Assembly (NCBI GenBank): GCA_965644295.1
Contig: CBFFRP010000258.1
Location: 40,303-104,302, forward strand
Origin: Paraphysomonas bandaiensis
Taxonomy: Eukaryota > Protista > Chrysophyceae
Reading direction: 5' to 3'
DNA: 64,000 nucleotides
Within the stretch, counting starts at the first letter, position 1. Each line of letters begins with the position of its first letter. Under the pieces are notes generated by a model. That model saw nothing but the letters and a program-made list of their open reading frames with translations, made no database searches and was not told where the DNA came from. The position numbers and the translations under genes are program-made. Below are positions 10,497 to 24,531 of this stretch, in pieces.

Positions 10497-13400
10497 ATGG
10501 AAATCAAAAGAATGTCCTCGTTAGAGAGGCTAATGGAGGCATTATCTGACAGTGACCCGCACAGTCAAGATATGGTCAGGAATGCAGTGCATACGGTGGT
10601 CGAGTGGTGGAGAAAACGCAAGAGCATCGCCTCCATTAAACGGGATATATGTTCCGTTAAGAGCTGTATAGCCACATGTCTGGAGACAATACAGGAGATT
10701 CAGTCACCTTCTGTATATTTCCTTTCCGCACAAACGAAATTGACAACAGATGTATTCGTTTCGTCGTTATCAGCGTTTTTGAATAAATTGCCCCGTGATC
10801 CTGGGCTCAAATCACGTAATAAGTTTGCCAGGAGTGTACGCGTTATATCATCAGCTATTCTGATCAGTAGATTTGCTGAGAATGTATTGGAGTTTGAGAA
10901 TGTCCCCGACAACGGCCCAGAGGCGACGGAATGCAAGCTTACTGCTCTGGTGTTATTGTTTTCCCTTCGTCGTCTGTTCAAAGCTTGCGACGCGGAGTCG
11001 CTTCATGAATTCAGGTACTCATGAGATATGTAGTAATCCGTCAGCGATATGTAATGGACTTAAATTAAGATTTGCATTTGTGGGCTACCGCTTTTCTGTA
11101 CGAAATTTTCTAGACTCACTGGATGCCTGGAAGGCGATGGACTCAGAAAGAACAAGAAAGAACTTCGAGATTGCATACATGGAATCATATGCCATGCTAT
11201 TAACTGCGAGGAAAATGCGCGACGAATTGGATAGAAAAATCTCCGATGGCAAGTGTAGTGTCTTTACATTTCTCTGTGCTAAGCATCGTGCAGATTCGTT
11301 GACTGACAGGGAGCGGTATGCAGTGGCGAAAGAAGCGACGAACGCAGGTGAGGTGGTAACTACTGGTGAGGAAAGAATAAACCACTTTAGAAGTATTTTG
11401 AAAAAACTTATGAATGATGAGAGGTAAGTGAGTAGTTCTACAGTTGCTGTGTGTGAAGCAATATAGATATTCTCAACGCATAGAAGAACTTGAGGCATAT
11501 GTTCAGAGTACCGTAGATTCTAGTGTGCTAGAGATGACCCTAGACGAACCTCCTGCAGCTGAGACAGTTGCCACAGATGTATCTCCTAGCCTTCATGCTA
11601 GAACTGATCACACATCCTCCCAACCACCGGTAGTAAACTTGAATCAAAGCGTTGATATATCCGCAGCCTCTGCTTCTAGTGGCCCTAGCTCTATTAGCAC
11701 TTTACCTCCATCTAGGGAGGAATTGCAACTTAAGCGAGTCACGAGTCTGGCTAATATAAGCTCAAATCGCGTCATGTATGAGTTGTTGCTAGATCCAGCA
11801 TACAAATTACCCGTACCGGATACTTTCTCGTCAACTGACGCTTCACTTAACCCAAAGCACATCAGCGCACTCATGCAGTCTGATCCTACTGCTGGAGCAC
11901 AGGCACTCAAGCAACACATGCTGCGAGTTATGGGTGATAAAATGATTGCGTCGATGACGCTGTCACCTCTTCAAAGTCCCTCTGAGGTAGCATGACTATC
12001 AAATACAGTACACCGTCTTACGTATGTCATGTACCATTGACTTCAGGTAGAAGAAGGCAAGACCTATGCAGTGTGGTACGGTAGTGATTCCCCATCTACT
12101 CGTCCAGTGGATTTATCTCCAGATTCTCATGGCCCTTCTGCTGGTGCTTTTATGCAAGCCAAGGTAGTCGCTGCATTTTTAAATTTTGTCGTTGAGAGTC
12201 TTGGTGGGCTAGGTCAAGTCTGTGGACATTGAAAGGGCAGTTATGGATGTACAATACATCTCTGATAGCGTGACTGAGAGCGGTGTATCTATAAATCGGC
12301 TCAAACTTTTGTCGCATGGGTATATGTTACACCTATCCACGTTTCACGTGTTAATATATGCAGTCGAGATCCTGTAGGTGGTGGATTCTTGTCATACCTG
12401 GCCGACATCAGAGATAGAATTGCGGCTATTTCGCCGAATAAGGCTTTACAAGCAGAGGTACAGGCTGCATTAGACCTTGATCTAATCAGACAAATGATAG
12501 AAAACAACGCAATGGATGTTAGTGATTTGGTGGGGGTTTTGCGAACGGTTGCGACCCTCATTATGAATCTCCAAAGTCCTGCACGTAAATCCGAATACAT
12601 GAGGTGGTTAACGAATTACGATGATCGATGTATGTCATGTATTGACTTAAATGCATTGTTGCCTCTGCTGCCGCAATATTTTGAGGAAGCTATGCATAGA
12701 ATCGATGAACTCCATGTAGAGGTAAGATAGGTTGCTGATGTTCTGTGGGTGTGTTACCATTTTGTTTGTCATTTCAGATGGCCAATTACTACTTGTCTGT
12801 CTTGGCGCCCTATGCTGCCTCTAGTGGTCGTACTATGATACGGAAGTCATTACAAGATCAGTTGGAGCTATTTTCTCGACAGTGCTCTACCTCTCAGGAT
12901 CCTCGAGTAATGTTTTCGGTGCACCTTCCTAAGACATACGCTTTTCTATGTGATCAGCTAGATACGGACAGACCCGAAAACAATGGAAGATATTCACTTC
13001 CAGCAGATATGGTAAAGTTTCTTGCTGAAAGTGCGAATATGCATGACGTGTCAGCTGAAGACATTGGTGTTACACAAGAAGTAGATATTGCTCTTATAGC
13101 GCGAGCATTCTGTATCTTCTTGCAGACTTCCATTGCGTCCAGTAGTCAACAGGTTTGAGCAAATAATTTTTTCTTTTCCGATTGTGAAACCACGTACACA
13201 GGTGACGGACAAGTTTCCTGAGACTTTTCTGTGGGATGCTGGCAGACTGAAGTTTCTCCGTGATAGCGTTGATTCGCTAGCTGTAGTATCGACACTACTG
13301 ATAACTGTTAGACACTACTTATTATCGCTCAAAGTTAAGCTAACTGTTGATCAGGAGTTTGATTTTCAGTCTAGGTATCATAGACTTGATATCTAGGTAT

Positions 13401-13902
13401 TTATTTTTTGATCGCTTTCTCTGTGGGGCAGGCTGTACGAATTATTGCGTAGTGATCATTTGACTATGGCTCACATTTCTGCTGAGGCAATGGGCTTTGT
13501 CCGAACTGCTATCCAGAACTCCTCCGAGATGGCCGTTTCTCAGCCATGCCAATCATCTAATCTTCCAGATGGGTGGGAGGCATCGCTAGAGAAAGCACTT
13601 AAGAAATGCGTGAGTCCATCGAGCCCAGTCCTTACTCTTTTCACCAGCAGAGTGTACAAGATTATGGCCAGAGCACTTACCAGCAATTCATATGCTGAAT
13701 TACTTGCAGCGTATTCGATGAATTCAAAGTCACAGGTACTGTACATGACTCGATAACAGCACATGTTCTCACGTACTAATAGGTTCAACAGCTACGCATT
13801 GTCATCTCACACTCCAAGAAATTGTTTGATCATAATTGTTCTATATTTGGACCTATTTACAGTCAAATACTACGATCTAAAATTTTGTATATGATTGGAT
13901 AA
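10497..13902 (+). CDS. T-complex protein 11 (TCP11/SOK1) domain protein, multi-exon
   Basis: Collinear exonic ORFs containing LDLDLIRQMIENNAMD, MANYYL, FPETFLWDAGRL and the C-terminal HNCSIFGPIYSQIL; stop TAA at 13900-13902. Confidence 0.8.
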
Positions 13903-15194
13903 AGGTTGATAGTTACGTCTTTAATATAAGTGCTGCACTGCTGTTGGTTGTTAGCTATAATCTAGTGTTAGGGCATCATGGGAATTATGTGCGTTGGACA
14001 TGCTAGTATCCTACGTGATAAAATAAATAATTAAATGCTATTTGTAAATTGTAATTTGTTATTACTATGGTGCCGCTCCGGAACTGCTTGAACTCTGGTG
14101 TAACCGTTCAGGACTTGACACTTAGTCTGGAGGTCGCTCGTTTGCTCAGACTTCAGTTGTGCTGGGTTCTGATGGTTGTTGATGTTAGAATTAGACATTT
14201 CACTGAAGATAACCTTGCTCTACATGTAAACCTTAACCTTGCTTTGTTGCACACAATGTACTTTCAAGACGGAATTATAATTACTAATATCAACACTTCA
14301 CAACATACTCATGTAGCATCTGATGAACGTCTGTTCTAAGTAACATGTGTTTATCTTATGTTCACCAGCCACTCCTATATCTTACATAGTCACACATCAG
14401 TAACTGAATTTACATCGTTTGCAACTATATTCACCCATTACAACCTGTGAGTTTATTTCACATACTGTACTCTGTTGAATCACTTTAATTGCAAACTAAA
14501 AATGGCCATCTCGGATGATTTAACAACTACCACCCGCTACAGGATGGTGAAATAACTTTAAAAACTGGACGTAATATACACTCAATGCTTTAATCATAAA
14601 GTATGCTCTATACCACTTATCATTTATTGTCATTCGCCAAATTTAGGTTATCTCTACTACCAATCATTTACATACGATCTTAGATAGAAACGATCTTGTA
14701 CAGGCAATGTATATCAGTTTCACCGTTATTATTCCTATCACCTTAATTGTTCATTTAATACTGTTAATCACTGTTGTTGACTAGTCTTCATCTAACTACC
14801 TATCTGGTTTCGATTCTTGATGCCTACTGCTAATAATAAGACTTTCACACAATCACTGTTGTATTATTCAAGTAACGGTCATAATTCGAATACCAAAGAA
14901 ACAAGAAATTTCAATTGCTCTATTAAATAACACGGTTGTTGTTTCAATTGCTCAACACGGTTGTTGTCGTTACTATCATTGCCACAAAACAACAACAAGA
15001 TGTTGTCATTATTATTAAAGTGATGAAGATAATATATTAAATTCACATCTTGCTCTCAACAAAGTCGGACTCGCACCTTTTCGTGGTGTTCTGGGGGATA
15101 AGTACAGCAGAAATTTCTTCGGGAAACTAACTTGAGCCGCAAACGTAGACAGCAGATAGCTCATAGCCGAATGCTTATGTGATACAAGGGACAA

Positions 15195-15510
15195 GGGACA
15201 CTAATAAGTATTATTAGTCCTTGGGCCTTGACGAATAAACAGGCATCCGGGAATGGACCCACCACCTCAAGGGCATCCGGGGTATTGGGCTGCCTGCTGA
15301 CGTCAAGCATCCGGGTTGTTCACCATAAGGACTCAAAAATCGTAAAGTCAGCAGATGCCAGGTAAATTAACGTTCTGCTTGCTCACTGCGTTTGCTTTGA
15401 GTGATTGACAGAAAGTGGTTGCACCTTGGTGCTTGTGGTAACGTACAAGCAGCTTTCGTAGCGCTAAATAGGAGTAGGATATCAGAGTTAAGCACTGACT
15501 CTTAAACGCC
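15195..15510 (+). repeat. SINE-like dispersed repeat, copy B
   Basis: Aligns with copies at 1-190 and 3318-3645; contains the structured motif at 15417-15453. Confidence 0.8.
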
Positions 15511-15822
15511 ATTCACTGCTGTGTTAATGAGGAACGGCAACGGAGTCAAAGATAAACTAATTACTCACCAACTTCCAGGAATTACTCTTAGACCTTCAGA
15601 AACTGGTTGCCAAACTGAAGTATTATACGCAGTAAACGCTTTTGATTCCTTTAATTGTTCGAGTTCACTTTAAAGTAGGAATTCCAAAATCAGTGATTGA
15701 GAAAGTTGTCTATGGAAATATGAATAGATCATAATATGGTGCATAGCAGTTCGAGTGTCTTACACAAGATATTTGTTTCATATATATTACACAAAATTTT
15801 GTGTCCTATCACCGATCAGGGC

Positions 15823-15900
15823 GACTGGATGGCCGAGTGGTCTAAGGCGCTGGTTTTAGGCACCAGTCTTTGGGCGTGGGTTCGAATCCCACTCCAGTCA
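15823..15900 (+). tRNA. tRNA-Leu(UAG)
   Basis: Acceptor stem GACTGGA/TCCAGTC+A; A-box TGGCCGAGTGG; anticodon arm CTGGT-TTTAGGC-ACCAG; T arm GTGGG-TTCGAAT-CCCAC; T-run terminator downstream. Confidence 0.93.
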
Positions 15901-16160
15901 TACTTTTTTGTTTTTTGAGTTTTGCCCAATACATACTACCATAACTACGCTGTAGGTTCCATTCAGGTGGATGGATGCTATAGAAAGCAGTCGATGGTTG
16001 GTTGTTGGTGGAGGAAATCTGCAATGTAAAGCGAGAACACAGCTCTTTAGTTATCTGGCGCTGTAGATAGCGATTATATACTTGAATTAAAACACAGAAC
16101 ACGACATTCTGATCATCTTGTATAAGTTATATTATTATTGCACGGATAGGTACAGTTGCA

Positions 16161-19100
16161 ATGAAGCGATTTGATCTGCCGAATGTGGCGGAGCAGATGC
16201 AATTACGTGATAATAATAATTTGATGTCGACCGCACTTCATCATGCACAGATGAAAGAAATGATATCTGAAGTGCATCATAGTGGAAGCACTAGCAGAGA
16301 ACAAAAGGCTATTCAAATTTGGTTGAGTGAGTTTTTACCTCAACTTAATGCAGTAGAAGTTCCAGATCAGTTGATAGGGCACGACTGGTTGAAAAGGAAC
16401 AATTTCCAGAACATTACGCTTGAGGAATACAATGGTTCTTCAGAACTCCAATTTCTGCCACCGAATGATGATGCGAAAATAATTGGGTCATATTCTCTGC
16501 ATGTTATGACGAAACCATTCTTCAATATAGATATTGCAGTCACAATGCCTGAAGAATGTTTGGACAAAAGGTAAAGCATTTGACTTTTTTCATTTTAATC
16601 AATTTGTATTCTTGCAGGGATATCTTGAACCATGTGTATTTTGATAAACGCAAGTTGTACCTGAGTGCTTTGTTGCTGCACATACGCGACAGTTGTCCTA
16701 CAGTCGACAGCGATAGTCTTGCGTTAGCGTTCCTGAAGGGAGATGATCGCAAACCTATCATTATCTTCAAGCCCAAGCTGAAGACATCGTATGTTGTTCG
16801 CGTTCATGTTGTGGTGCGTCTTTTAAGTATATATATGGCATGTTTATAATAAATTCGCAGCCCTCGACAACATCATTTAAACTGTCACAGTTACGCCCAA
16901 CCAAGAACAATGTTAGACCCATTGGTTGGATGCAAAGTTTGGCCTCAAGACGGGAAAACTCGAACAAGTCTGAAGAGTTGCCCGATCCTACATCACTGCA
17001 ACCTACCCCTAATTACAATATGGCTGTTTTGGAAGATGTTGCTGCCATGTATGTACACGATTTAGTTTTAAAGGCAACACAGCTATGGCCTATTCTTCAA
17101 GAAATTCTAGTTGTAGTGAAGGTAAAACTATGATTGCACGATTCAATGATGTCACTTATTATGAAATAGGTTTGGTTGACACAACGTGGGCTTCGGTTTG
17201 GTGTAGATAGCTTCGATGGTCATTTGGCTGGTGTCCTGTTGTCATATCTTGCGTACAAAGGATTAATTTCAGCGAAAATGAGTGTATTGTCGGGTTTTAT
17301 GGCATTTTTGGCTTATATTGGCAGTGACAATTTATTTTCCTCTCCTCTAAGCTTTGCTGATCAACCCTCACGCTATGAAGGGAACTCTCAAACTCTCTTC
17401 CATGCGTCGTTGACTGTTCCTGTCACTGACTTCGACTTTAGTAGTAAAACAGATTACTCTCAATACATGTTCTATAACGTTTTTTGGCGACTAAGTGCAT
17501 CTGCCATTGATCAACTTCATGAGCATGCGCGATGCTCATTGCAGATACTACAGAATACTGATGACGTTAGCACCAGTTTGGCGACATCATCATTTTCAAA
17601 AGTGTTTCTTTCTAAATCTAATTTCTTTTCCGAGTATGATGTGGTTTTTAAGATTCCTGTTGTCAGTGCTAATAGCGTGAAAGAGGTATCAGAGAAACTG
17701 AATGATCTTCAATTAGGCGACGATATGGAATTTATTTCTCAGTTAGGCCACAGTGTGTTAATTGCATTGAACGATTTCACTGGCTGGCAGTATACAAGCA
17801 GAACCGCACGAAAACTTATTACTGCTGCATTAGGCGACAGGGCCAGTTGTATTCATGTCCATTCTTGTCCTTTCGAGAGCGAAAACTGCCGCATTGTACC
17901 CACTAACCAATCCACATTGTATCCTAAGCTTTTCCCTTTTTCTTCTCAGAGTAATTCTCAGCTAAATTGCTTGGACGGTGTAAATGTGACTGTTGGGGTT
18001 CGTTTTAGTGAAGATCAAATGCGTCGTAGAGTGGATCGTGGACCTTCAGCAGATGATGAGGAAGGATGTGCAGAATTTAGGCACTTTTGGGGTCGAATAT
18101 CTCAGCTAAGGAGGTTTAAAGATGGCTCGATAAGAGAAGCTGTTGTGTGGGATACAGATGACTCCACCAATGTGAAGTGTGTTCGACCGGAGAAACTCTC
18201 GACTGATATTGTCAATCATATTATCTCCCGTCATATGCCTTTCAATTCATACCTTTGTGGACAGATTGTGCAGAATATATCTGACCAACTGCATCATACT
18301 TTACCAGGAAATGTGGGCACCAGCCAATCCGATATGGGTTTACGTGATGCACCTCTACTCTTCAAGAGTGCTAACGAGTGTTTGGACGTTTTACGCCGCA
18401 TGATAACGTCGGAATTGAAGCAATTTCCACTTGTTATTGATAGTCTGAGGGCAACCCATCCAGCACTTCGTTACACATCTTATTACCCTCCTATGAAACA
18501 TCCAATGCTGGTTGGCACTAAAGAGTACTTAAATGCATATGCAGGCAAAAATGTAAATAGATTAGTGGAAGCTATTCCCATTGTAGCTACATTTCAAAAG
18601 TCTAGCAAGTGGCCGTCCGATTTGGAAGCCTTATTGTCAATGAAGTCGGCTTTAATTATACACTTATCAGAGTGTTTAAAATCTCAGTTCAAAGTAGATT
18701 CTGTCGTACACCGGGATTCACTGGACATATGCTTCCAGGGATACTTGTTCCGTTTGCACCCTTTCACCGACCACGAGACTTATTTACACAGTGGTAGCAT
18801 GTTACATTGTTTTTATATTACATCACTTAGTTTTATTGTGTAAGGTGCATATAATGTTTTGCATTCAACTGCCTCCATCCCACAATCCACGAGAAACTAT
18901 ATCAGGTGACGCTCCGCTGTTTTTATGTATGGGTTTCTGACTTCAGGATACAGGCGCATGACTAGAACCCCTTTACACCATGCGGCTGTTCACTCGCTAT
19001 GCAGTCAATTTTCTGCTTTCGGAGATTCAGTTCGTCTTCTCAAGCATTGGTGTGATTCGCACATGCTCTCAGGTTATATTCGTCCCTACGTTATTCGCAG

Positions 19101-20139
19101 TTTGATTTATGGATGCATTAGGTTATATTGACCACGAATTGCTAGAACTCATTGTGGCATCAGTGTTCCTAAACAGTGACTCATTTTGGAACTCTACACC
19201 CGCGTCTTCGCTCTGCGGATTCCATCGCTCCCTTATACGGTAGAAATGTTCATACATGCATGTTGTATGTTTAACGAACTGTGCAGGTTAGCCGAACATA
19301 AATGGATGGAGTTCCCTCTTATAGTAGACTTTTCTGGGGCTGATAAAATAGAAGAACATCATGTCGATCCCATTTATCGTCAATTTCGGGAAAGCAGGGA
19401 GTTGACTAATTATGCTCCCTGCATCAACGTCGCAGCACGATATGAAACCAACGATGGGTTTTCCTTCGATTATGGTCTCAATTTTAATGACAAGTCTATT
19501 CTTACAATGGTCATGCAAATGGCCAAGAAGAGTATTGATAAAATTCAGATGTGGATGTACTGTATGAACAAAGCGTCTGAGTCTGTTAATTGGTCGGAAG
19601 CTGTTATGAAACCTAAGCACAGCTTGCTGCCGAAATTTTCTATTGAACTAGTATTTCAACGTTCTTTACAATGTCGTGCGAAAGGCGATTTGCCAACAGA
19701 CCTGTTTCAAAGTGCGATTGAAGGACCACCGCAGTGTCAAGTTGAAGTTTTCAGTAATATATCTCTTTCTAAAGCGCGAGGACAAAGCCTAGTCTGCTGG
19801 TACGTTGAATGTGGGTGATGTGTATATCATATTGATGTTTTCTACAGCAATGAATCTCTCCCTCATCCATTTCAAGAAGAGGTTGTGAGTAAGTTGCGAT
19901 CTCGATTTGGCCATTTAGCACTCTTTTTTTATAATCATCAAGTAGCCGATAAAATTGGAGTCGTATGGAAGCCAACAGCTTTCATCCCGTCAAACTTTTC
20001 GATATTGCAGAGTCGGCACCATGTACTGAGTCAAGTTCCACACGTTTCTAAGGATTTAATGGTCTTGAATATACCCGCTCTAATTGGTGAAATGCTAGCT
20101 GTGGCTGAAGGTAAAATAGACAGTGTTTCAGTTTCGTAG
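16161..20139 (+). CDS. NOL6: Nucleolar protein 6 / U3 snoRNP Utp22 (Nrap family), multi-exon
   Basis: IIGSYSL, DIAVTMP, YFDKRKLYL, PTPNYN, GPSADD...FRHFWG..SQLRRFKDGSIREAVVW, SSKWPSDL, RFGHLALFFY, IGVVWKP. Confidence 0.92.
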
Positions 20140-21028
20140 ACTGGCGTAATTAATTAGCAATAATTTTTTGGCATGATTTTTTTCAGTTCATATTTTGTTT
20201 TATTTGTCTAAAAAGCTTGTCGTAGAGTAGTCCAGAAATGGATTGTTGTAGAAGTATTATTTTTGATAACTACCTGAAAATGATAGACATTGTCAGCTGA
20301 AAATGTTTTCTATGTTTTCTGGTTTCTGGTCGATACTATACATACTTATCCCCATTTTGTCTCAGAAAAAGCTTTTTTTGACCTGACTTTGTCTCAACAG
20401 GGCGCTCATATCAGCTCCGGGCAAATATAGACATTCAACTTCAATATTCGGTTCAATAGAAGCTCACTTCTATCCTAAATCCTAAGTATGATAATGACAG
20501 TCATATGTACGTGATTTCATTACAGTACACAATTATAGAGAAACCACTATCATGAGCGAAATGCCAAGAGCAGATCATCTAACTCCAAGTTATATTCCAT
20601 CCTTCGACTGCTGTATAAGATCACAACGATGTCAGTGCAAGTGATCTGTCTTCATATCCAGGACTTCGAAACAACTTCAAGAATATTACAGGAGAGTTTA
20701 AGTGCCATATCTGATGCTATATAGGTGGTTAGGAGCAGTGGCACCCAGCACCCAGTTCTTTCAGGGTTTGAGCCATATCGTGCTTCTCAGGATATTGTGT
20801 GTCTCGTATCATACACACATCTTTCAATCAGGTGCACCTGCAGAGGTAAAGCCTGCTATATATAAATGTGATGATGATGCTAATTAAGGAAATAAGAAGC
20901 CTCTCTTTCACCTTCAACTGTTCACATTTATCATCACACTTACAGTATACTTATCATTGATTTGAAACTGTATGAGTTCTCATTTGTGTTCTTAATGTTA
21001 ATTTTCAACGTCATGAGAATGAGCTACA

Positions 21029-21148
21029 ATTTAACCTAGGGATAAGGAGTATCGTCCCTTGTCTAAATTTTAAAACTCGGGCTTTTCGCCCTCGTTTCAA
21101 AATTTTGAGCGCGGGACGATATAGCCTCCTTATTGCCCGTGGTTAAAT
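21029..21148. mobile_element. ~120-bp palindromic MITE-like element
   Basis: ATTTAACC..GATAAGGAG.TATCGTCCC..AAATTTT..CGGGC-TTTTC-GCCCTCG..AAAATTT..GGGACGATA..CTCCTTAT..GGTTAAAT folds into one long hairpin; a related fragment lies near 3671. Confidence 0.65.
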
Positions 21149-21803
21149 ATAACTATAGAGGAGTGGTCTACTAATTTCATGAATTTTGTCAGACACTTTG
21201 AGAACAATGTTGCAGGTACGAATTACGAATAGCTGCTGGATGTTTTTGCGACAGTGAAAACGTCGGCGCTATTTTCAGGAAGTATGAAGTCGTAAATCAT
21301 GAGGCAACATATTCATTGATGATATATATATGTATGTAGCATAAAGATAATAAACTGTCAAATAGAAAGTCCTTTATTTCTAACTGTTGACTATCGCTCA
21401 TTTTATCACTTAGATCGTTGAAGAAAAGATGAGTAGTTAGACAAGGTAGAATATTATTGCATTTCTATAGACACAATTGTGCCGTTTCGTATAGAGCTCA
21501 TCTATTAACTTACGCTTATAGTTAGTGCAGTATCGACTGATTTATATTAAGAGATATATAGTGAAATCATGATGTTGTAGCACTGTCATTTTGGAACCAC
21601 ATCAATCACCAACATCAACATTCTGTTCTACAAATCGTATCTTTAACAGCTACTATATTTTCAGTTTCTTTGCATACTTGTAATAGCTACTCCTATAGTG
21701 TAGTCATGCATATTCTGTATTTCATAGCTACATAGAATACAGGATAGCTATTAGCGATAGGATTTACCAAACTTCAAGTACGCACGTAGAAGTTGGTTGT
21801 AGT

Positions 21804-24215
21804 CAGGGATAGGGAACAATATATTGTATTGCAATATATTGTACAATATATTGCAATATATTGTAAAATATATTGATTGGTGGACTGGTCAAATATTCCA
21901 TCAATAGTGTTTCTGTTAATAGAGCTCACAATACTATTGCAATATATTGCAATCAATATTATGATAGTCATATAAGAGAAGATCCTCAACTGTATGGTGC
22001 AAAATATACGCCTCTGTATACAAATATCCGGAAAATAAGAAAAAAAGCCTATTTTTGATGTTATTTTCTATTTTTTATGTATCGCCAGCTCAAACAGCAC
22101 TCTACACCTCTCCACATGTATGTACAGTACTTCTCTTAATATAGTATATATATCCTATAGTGACAAGAAGAGACAACTGAATGATGAGTGCATACAAGAG
22201 TAGGGACATTTACCGCTGTTTTTGGAGTCCGGTCGAAGGTGTCCCGAACAAACACGAGTGTAAAATCTGCGGACGTAAACGACAACAGAATATTCGGAAT
22301 GGATACAACAATCTAAAGGATCACACTTTCTCTCATGATGTGTGGGAGGAGACATTGAAGAGGTATTTACGGGCTGTCTGCACCAATGGTCCCATGGATG
22401 CTTTTGTTCTGCAGCCTTCAGACAAGGCGAAAACAATTTATGAGTGGGTGGAGTGGATTGTCGAGGAAAATCTTCCATTAAATTTCTGTGAGAAGAAATT
22501 AACTAGAAATAAGACTTCTTTGGGTAAGATAACTACAAAAACACTGAAAAAATATATGAGACTGTTGGAACTGAAGCTACGTGATATGATTAAAGATATA
22601 TTACCACCAACATTTGGTCTAGTCATGGACGGTTGGACGTCGGACTCCCACCACTACAGTGCAATATTTGCAACCTTTTGCGACCGAACCAATACTCCGA
22701 ATTTGTTATTGTTGTCTTGTAATGTGCAAGAGGATATTGATGACAACACTGTTTTCGATGAAGATCTACCTGATGAAGAGAAATTCTACGGATTCACTGC
22801 TGCGGATTGGTTTGATACTATCGTAGAAGTTCTCAATAAATTTGGAGTTGAGGTTAACGCTGACAATGTTTGCGACATTGTTGAGTTTTATCTTGGAGAT
22901 AACTGTGCTACAAACAGAAAATTGGCTACTGATTCTGGTAACACCGTATTACTTGTGTGAAATTGTCGAATGTTATAATATATATTAGGTGTACCCCTAG
23001 TTGGATGTGCATCTCACCGACTAAATCTCGCTGTCAATGAACTCATTGGCAGCAAAGAGAAGAGGAATAACCAAGGAGATGTGACAAGATCTGACGAAGG
23101 CATTAGGCCTCTTATTCGCAAAGTAGACCTACTAATGGGGAAGTTGAAGCAGATTAAGAATGCTGCATTGCTACGTGGCCAAACCAGTCTGCTACCAGAA
23201 AGGGTAAATGTCACAAGATGGTCTTCTATGTTTCAGGTTCTCGTAAAGTGGATGCGTATAAAAGATCATGTATTAAAAATTGAAGACTTACCGCTTGCAG
23301 TTACTGATATGATTCCTACTCCTCGACAGAATACCGAAATAATCGCCCTTGTAGACGACCTGAGGAAGTTTGAAAGCGTCTCGAAATTGCTTCAAACTGG
23401 AGGATCAAGTCAAGTGAATCTTTATGAATGCCGGAACATATTTGATGGCTTATTGAGGGACTTTAGGCCAAAGTATCCACTATCTGCTTTACAGAAAAAC
23501 AGTCCCATTGTTAATGATCCGAATTTCGAGAATGGAATTGCAAAACTCCAAGCAGGCGAAGAATTGGACTTGACAAGATCTGAGAAAGATGCTGTTAGAA
23601 TATATCTCCGTTCAGACAGTGATTATTGCAACAATACAGAGGATGATGAAGCTGAAGTTGGCTATGCGGAAAAAATTCTTCAATCAGCTCAAAAACTTAA
23701 GAAGCGAAAAGTTGAAATATCTAAGTACAGGTGCACGAGTCATGTAGTATGTACTTCCAATACGTGTGAACGCCTGTTCAGCGCAGCAAAACTGATTATA
23801 TCAGTGTTGCGCAAACGTATGCATCCTACTACACTTAATATGCTGTTGTTTCTGAAAGCTAACCGACAGTTGTGGCCGGATGCAAGCATATTTCAATCAA
23901 TATTGAATGAATATGGTGATGATGATGTCACCGATGATGGCTCAGAGGATGAGTATGAGGAAACTTTTAATTAGTTAAGAGTAGTGGGTTTGATTATCAA
24001 GTGACCTTAGACCTTATAAAATATGGCAAGTACTAAAAATGAAAACTACGGATGTGTTTACTTACTGATTAGTCATACTAATATATTGCAATATATTGTA
24101 CAATATATTGCAATATATTGCAATAGTATTGTAGGGCCGGTTTAAAAAATCCATCAATACTATTGATGGAACGCTACCTAACAATAGTATTGCAATATAT
24201 TGTTCCCTATCCCTG
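21804..24215 (+). mobile_element. Autonomous-type hAT DNA transposon (donor copy)
   Basis: TIRs CAGGGATAGGGAACAATATATTG; 8-bp TSD GTTGTAGT at 21796-21803 and 24216-24223; subterminal CAATATATTG palindromic repeats; internal transposase. Confidence 0.95.
22181..23974 (+). CDS. hAT transposase, ~580 aa, intron 22938-22988
   Basis: BED-like CKIC..H; catalytic DGWT, GDN and ERLFS; spliced G|VPLVGCASHRLNLAV (CxxH); TRWSS; C-terminal dimerisation region. Confidence 0.92.
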
Positions 24216-24531
24216 GTTGTAGTTCATTATCATCACCAACAAAATTTTAGCACTCTGATAGCAACATAGCAACCACATAAAATTCCGCATCATGATACTT
24301 TAGTTTACAGTTTTATAGTTAAACAGTACTTTAACGAATAATACTGTTCTATCTTGGAGGAACATAGATATTCCAGCACTAGCATGATGCACAAGTTAAG
24401 GGCTTTTCGAGATGTTGAATTCTAAAATCATACTATTATTATGTTCCACACAGTAAATGTTATATCTCATACGCGGCAACTCCCGAAGCAAAATGAGCAA
24501 TCAAACAATTGCAACTCGGAATTGTACGCTT

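Noticed and set aside
21774-22058. ORFs with repeated IAIYCN / YCNIL peptides
   Set aside because: They are translations of the hAT subterminal CAATATATTG repeats
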